The notes under the pieces: model-generated
Database searches by the model: none
Seen by the model: only the letters and a program-made list of their open reading frames with translations
Told to the model about the DNA's origin: nothing
Made by a program: the position numbers and the translations under genes
DNA from: Diadema antillarum
Taxonomy: Eukaryota
Assembly: GCF_040938485.1 (NCBI RefSeq)
Contig: NW_027271462.1
Span: 186,001-250,000 of the forward strand
Length of the DNA stretch: 64,000 nt
Reading direction: 5' to 3'
Part shown: positions 61,729 to 64,000 of the stretch, piece after piece
How the letters are laid out: each line of letters starts with the position of its first letter
How positions within the stretch are numbered: the stretch's first letter is position 1

Positions 61729-63849
61729 TATGTATATATTCCGATGTTGGTACATAACGCATCTTTTTTGTTTTTGTTTTCACTATAAAGAGCATCATTT
61801 TGTTAATCTTGAAAAGTGATGACTTCTTCCAGCGAATCTCATTATGTTTTCTTTAATCTGCATTATATTGTACCATAACTACAGTAATTGTTGGATAAGT
61901 GTGGAGATATAACATTTAGAATTATATCAATCTTCAGCAAAATGTGCATTGTGTATCGATATACAGAGACCAAGTCCAAATCCCTACATTCACATTATGT
62001 CATTTGCTGAAACTTTTTAATGAATTTTTAAAATAAATCGAAATTGAAGAAAAAAAATCTTTTGCTTAATAGGGTTTCTATGATTTACAATGTGACGAAA
62101 TTTTGTCAGTGCATACCTCTATATACCACACCATGTTATTATCTGTAATAAAAATGATGGGGAAGTGTTAGGTCAGCGTTAAATAGAGCTGAAAACCATT
62201 GTAAAACGAAGAAAAACGGAGGTAACGTTTCTTGATACAGTTTTCGATTTGGGTGTGGGGAAATGCTGAAGTTCGAAAAAACGTGCAAAGTTCGGTGAGT
62301 TAATTGGTACTCCTAGACTTAAGAACATGTCTTGTTCAAACTTTTAAGCAGTTGGAATGATGCTGCTTAAACTGGAGCTCCGGCCTCCTCCGAGGCCCAA
62401 ATCCCATATTCAGTGTTTGTATAATTCAGGCTTATATAAAAAGAAAATGACGAGAGAAAACTGTTAGAGACATGAAACATCTTCCCACGGTCGTGAGAAG
62501 TGTTCCTCTTTCGGAAAACTTCTTCCAATACGCCAAAGGGGGAACTTTCCTTCTTTGATGGCGAGAGTTTTATCATGACTGTAGACAAAAATATGAGTAG
62601 TGCAATCCTTTTTAGTAAAAAGTCGAGTCTCTTTGCCAAGAAAAGGAATGAGAAAGGAAGACGGGGTCAATTGTTTGAGAAAGTTTCAAGTAGCTTGGTT
62701 AGGAAGAAATAAGAGCGTGGTGAAGTGAAGAACTATGAAGTCGATGTCAGAGTCCTGGACCAAAAAAACAACAACCCCTGACTAATGTCTGTGGGGTGTA
62801 AATGTGTTAATATCGATGTGGAAACTTTGAAAACACTTGTGGTGCATTAACTGGAGAGACATCAACACTCCTATCTGATGAAGTTGAATTGGATGAAATT
62901 GAATGATCTTTGTATACTTACTACACCACAACGATTAGGAGGCATGGAAAAAATAACATTCTACACGGCTATCGATTAAAACATGCCTCTAGGTCTTTAC
63001 TGTTTAAAATGCTTTGCTGAAACATCCTCATCGTCTGCTTAGTATATATCAGGCGTTAGGTTAGGGTATTCCCGCATACTGCCGCCACTTGGATTCCTGC
63101 ACTCCATGCTGTATCAACATGGACATTTCCCGCCAATTGGGTCAAGGGTATTTGCCCCGAAATATTCGGCTGAGCTTTGGCTGGAGTGTCTGATGGACAG
63201 GAAACGCAAATACTTGCTCGCGGGACATGATGACCCTTCACGATCGCAAGTCATCTGCGCGCAACGCGGAGCTCTCGTCTTACGTGTCTCCTTGGTACAA
63301 GTACCGGACCCTTCTTGCGACACCTCCCACCTCCTCCATCTCCCCCCCCCCCCGTCTCTGTGCCTCTTTTTCTCTATTTCTATTCATCTATTTCGTATTC
63401 TCCAAAAATCATTCCCTCTCTACTTGTTCTTCTCCACCTGTTCCGATCTCCCCCATCCAGTTACTCTATCCTTCCCTCCACCCTTTTCTCCTTCCCCTCT
63501 CCGCCTCCCCCTTCATTGACAACCTTGCTCTCTTAAGTCCTTGTGCACCTCTCCCCCACCTCTCTAGCTCTCAGTCCCTATGTCTGTCAGTCTGTTTCTT
63601 CTTTGTATGTCTTTTTGTCTGTCTGTATGTCCGCCACTCTCTCTCTCTCACGCCAGCGCAAGTTATATGCTTATCTTTTGGACAATAGTGTCTCAAAAAG
63701 ATTTGATTATGTTGTGTTCTCCTCTCTCTTTCGGCCTCTTTTCTCACGCAAACAGAATTTAATTCAGACATGCGATCTTTCTCACATTGAAAAGCTCACA
63801 CACATCCTCCGGCGACTTGTAAGCCAAAACAAAAGAAGAATTTTGAAAG

Positions 63850-63881
<32 letters not shown>

Positions 63882-64000
63882 CAAAAACATGGGCTGCATT
63901 GAAATTAGTGCTCCCTAAAAGAACAATATTGTATGTATCTGTTTTGACGCATAAAAAAGACACAAAGGTGCAGCCGACATTTTGTCTTCCTTACTAATTC

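Noticed and set aside
61694-61900. Functional U2 snRNA gene
   Set aside because: Similarity stops at nt 35; no Sm site or 3' stems.
63055-63066. Telomere-like TTAGG/TTAGGG
   Set aside because: Only two copies; chance occurrence.

Overview
Eukaryotic (animal) genomic DNA, AT-rich, with spliceosomal introns and two N gaps; the repeat repertoire suggests a marine invertebrate, possibly an echinoderm (inference only). The left half (198-29525, minus strand) is a complete BMS1 ribosome-biogenesis GTPase gene: I traced 23 coding exons with GT-AG junctions that join in frame to 4059 nt (1352 aa). At 38946-46463 (minus) is a two-exon class A GPCR with an aminergic (muscarinic/histamine-like) scaffold, but Arg replaces the amine-binding Asp3.32. 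At about 61099-61652 (plus) is an exon encoding an unidentified single-pass membrane protein, followed by a 3'-truncated U2 snRNA fragment. Introns and intergenic DNA are packed with non-autonomous DNA elements. These include Helentron-associated (HINE/pearl-like) elements carrying satellite arrays (one with about 9 x 323 bp and higher-order structure), a 2.7 kb foldback-like element built from 13-bp units inside the GPCR intron, and TTAA-, TA-, CACTG- and hAT-type MITEs, some nested. A tRNA-SINE, LINE 3' ends, a 41-bp-arm hairpin and mini/microsatellites are also present. No CRISPR, rRNA or intact tRNA was seen. Most ORFs in the supplied track are repeat or antisense artefacts.
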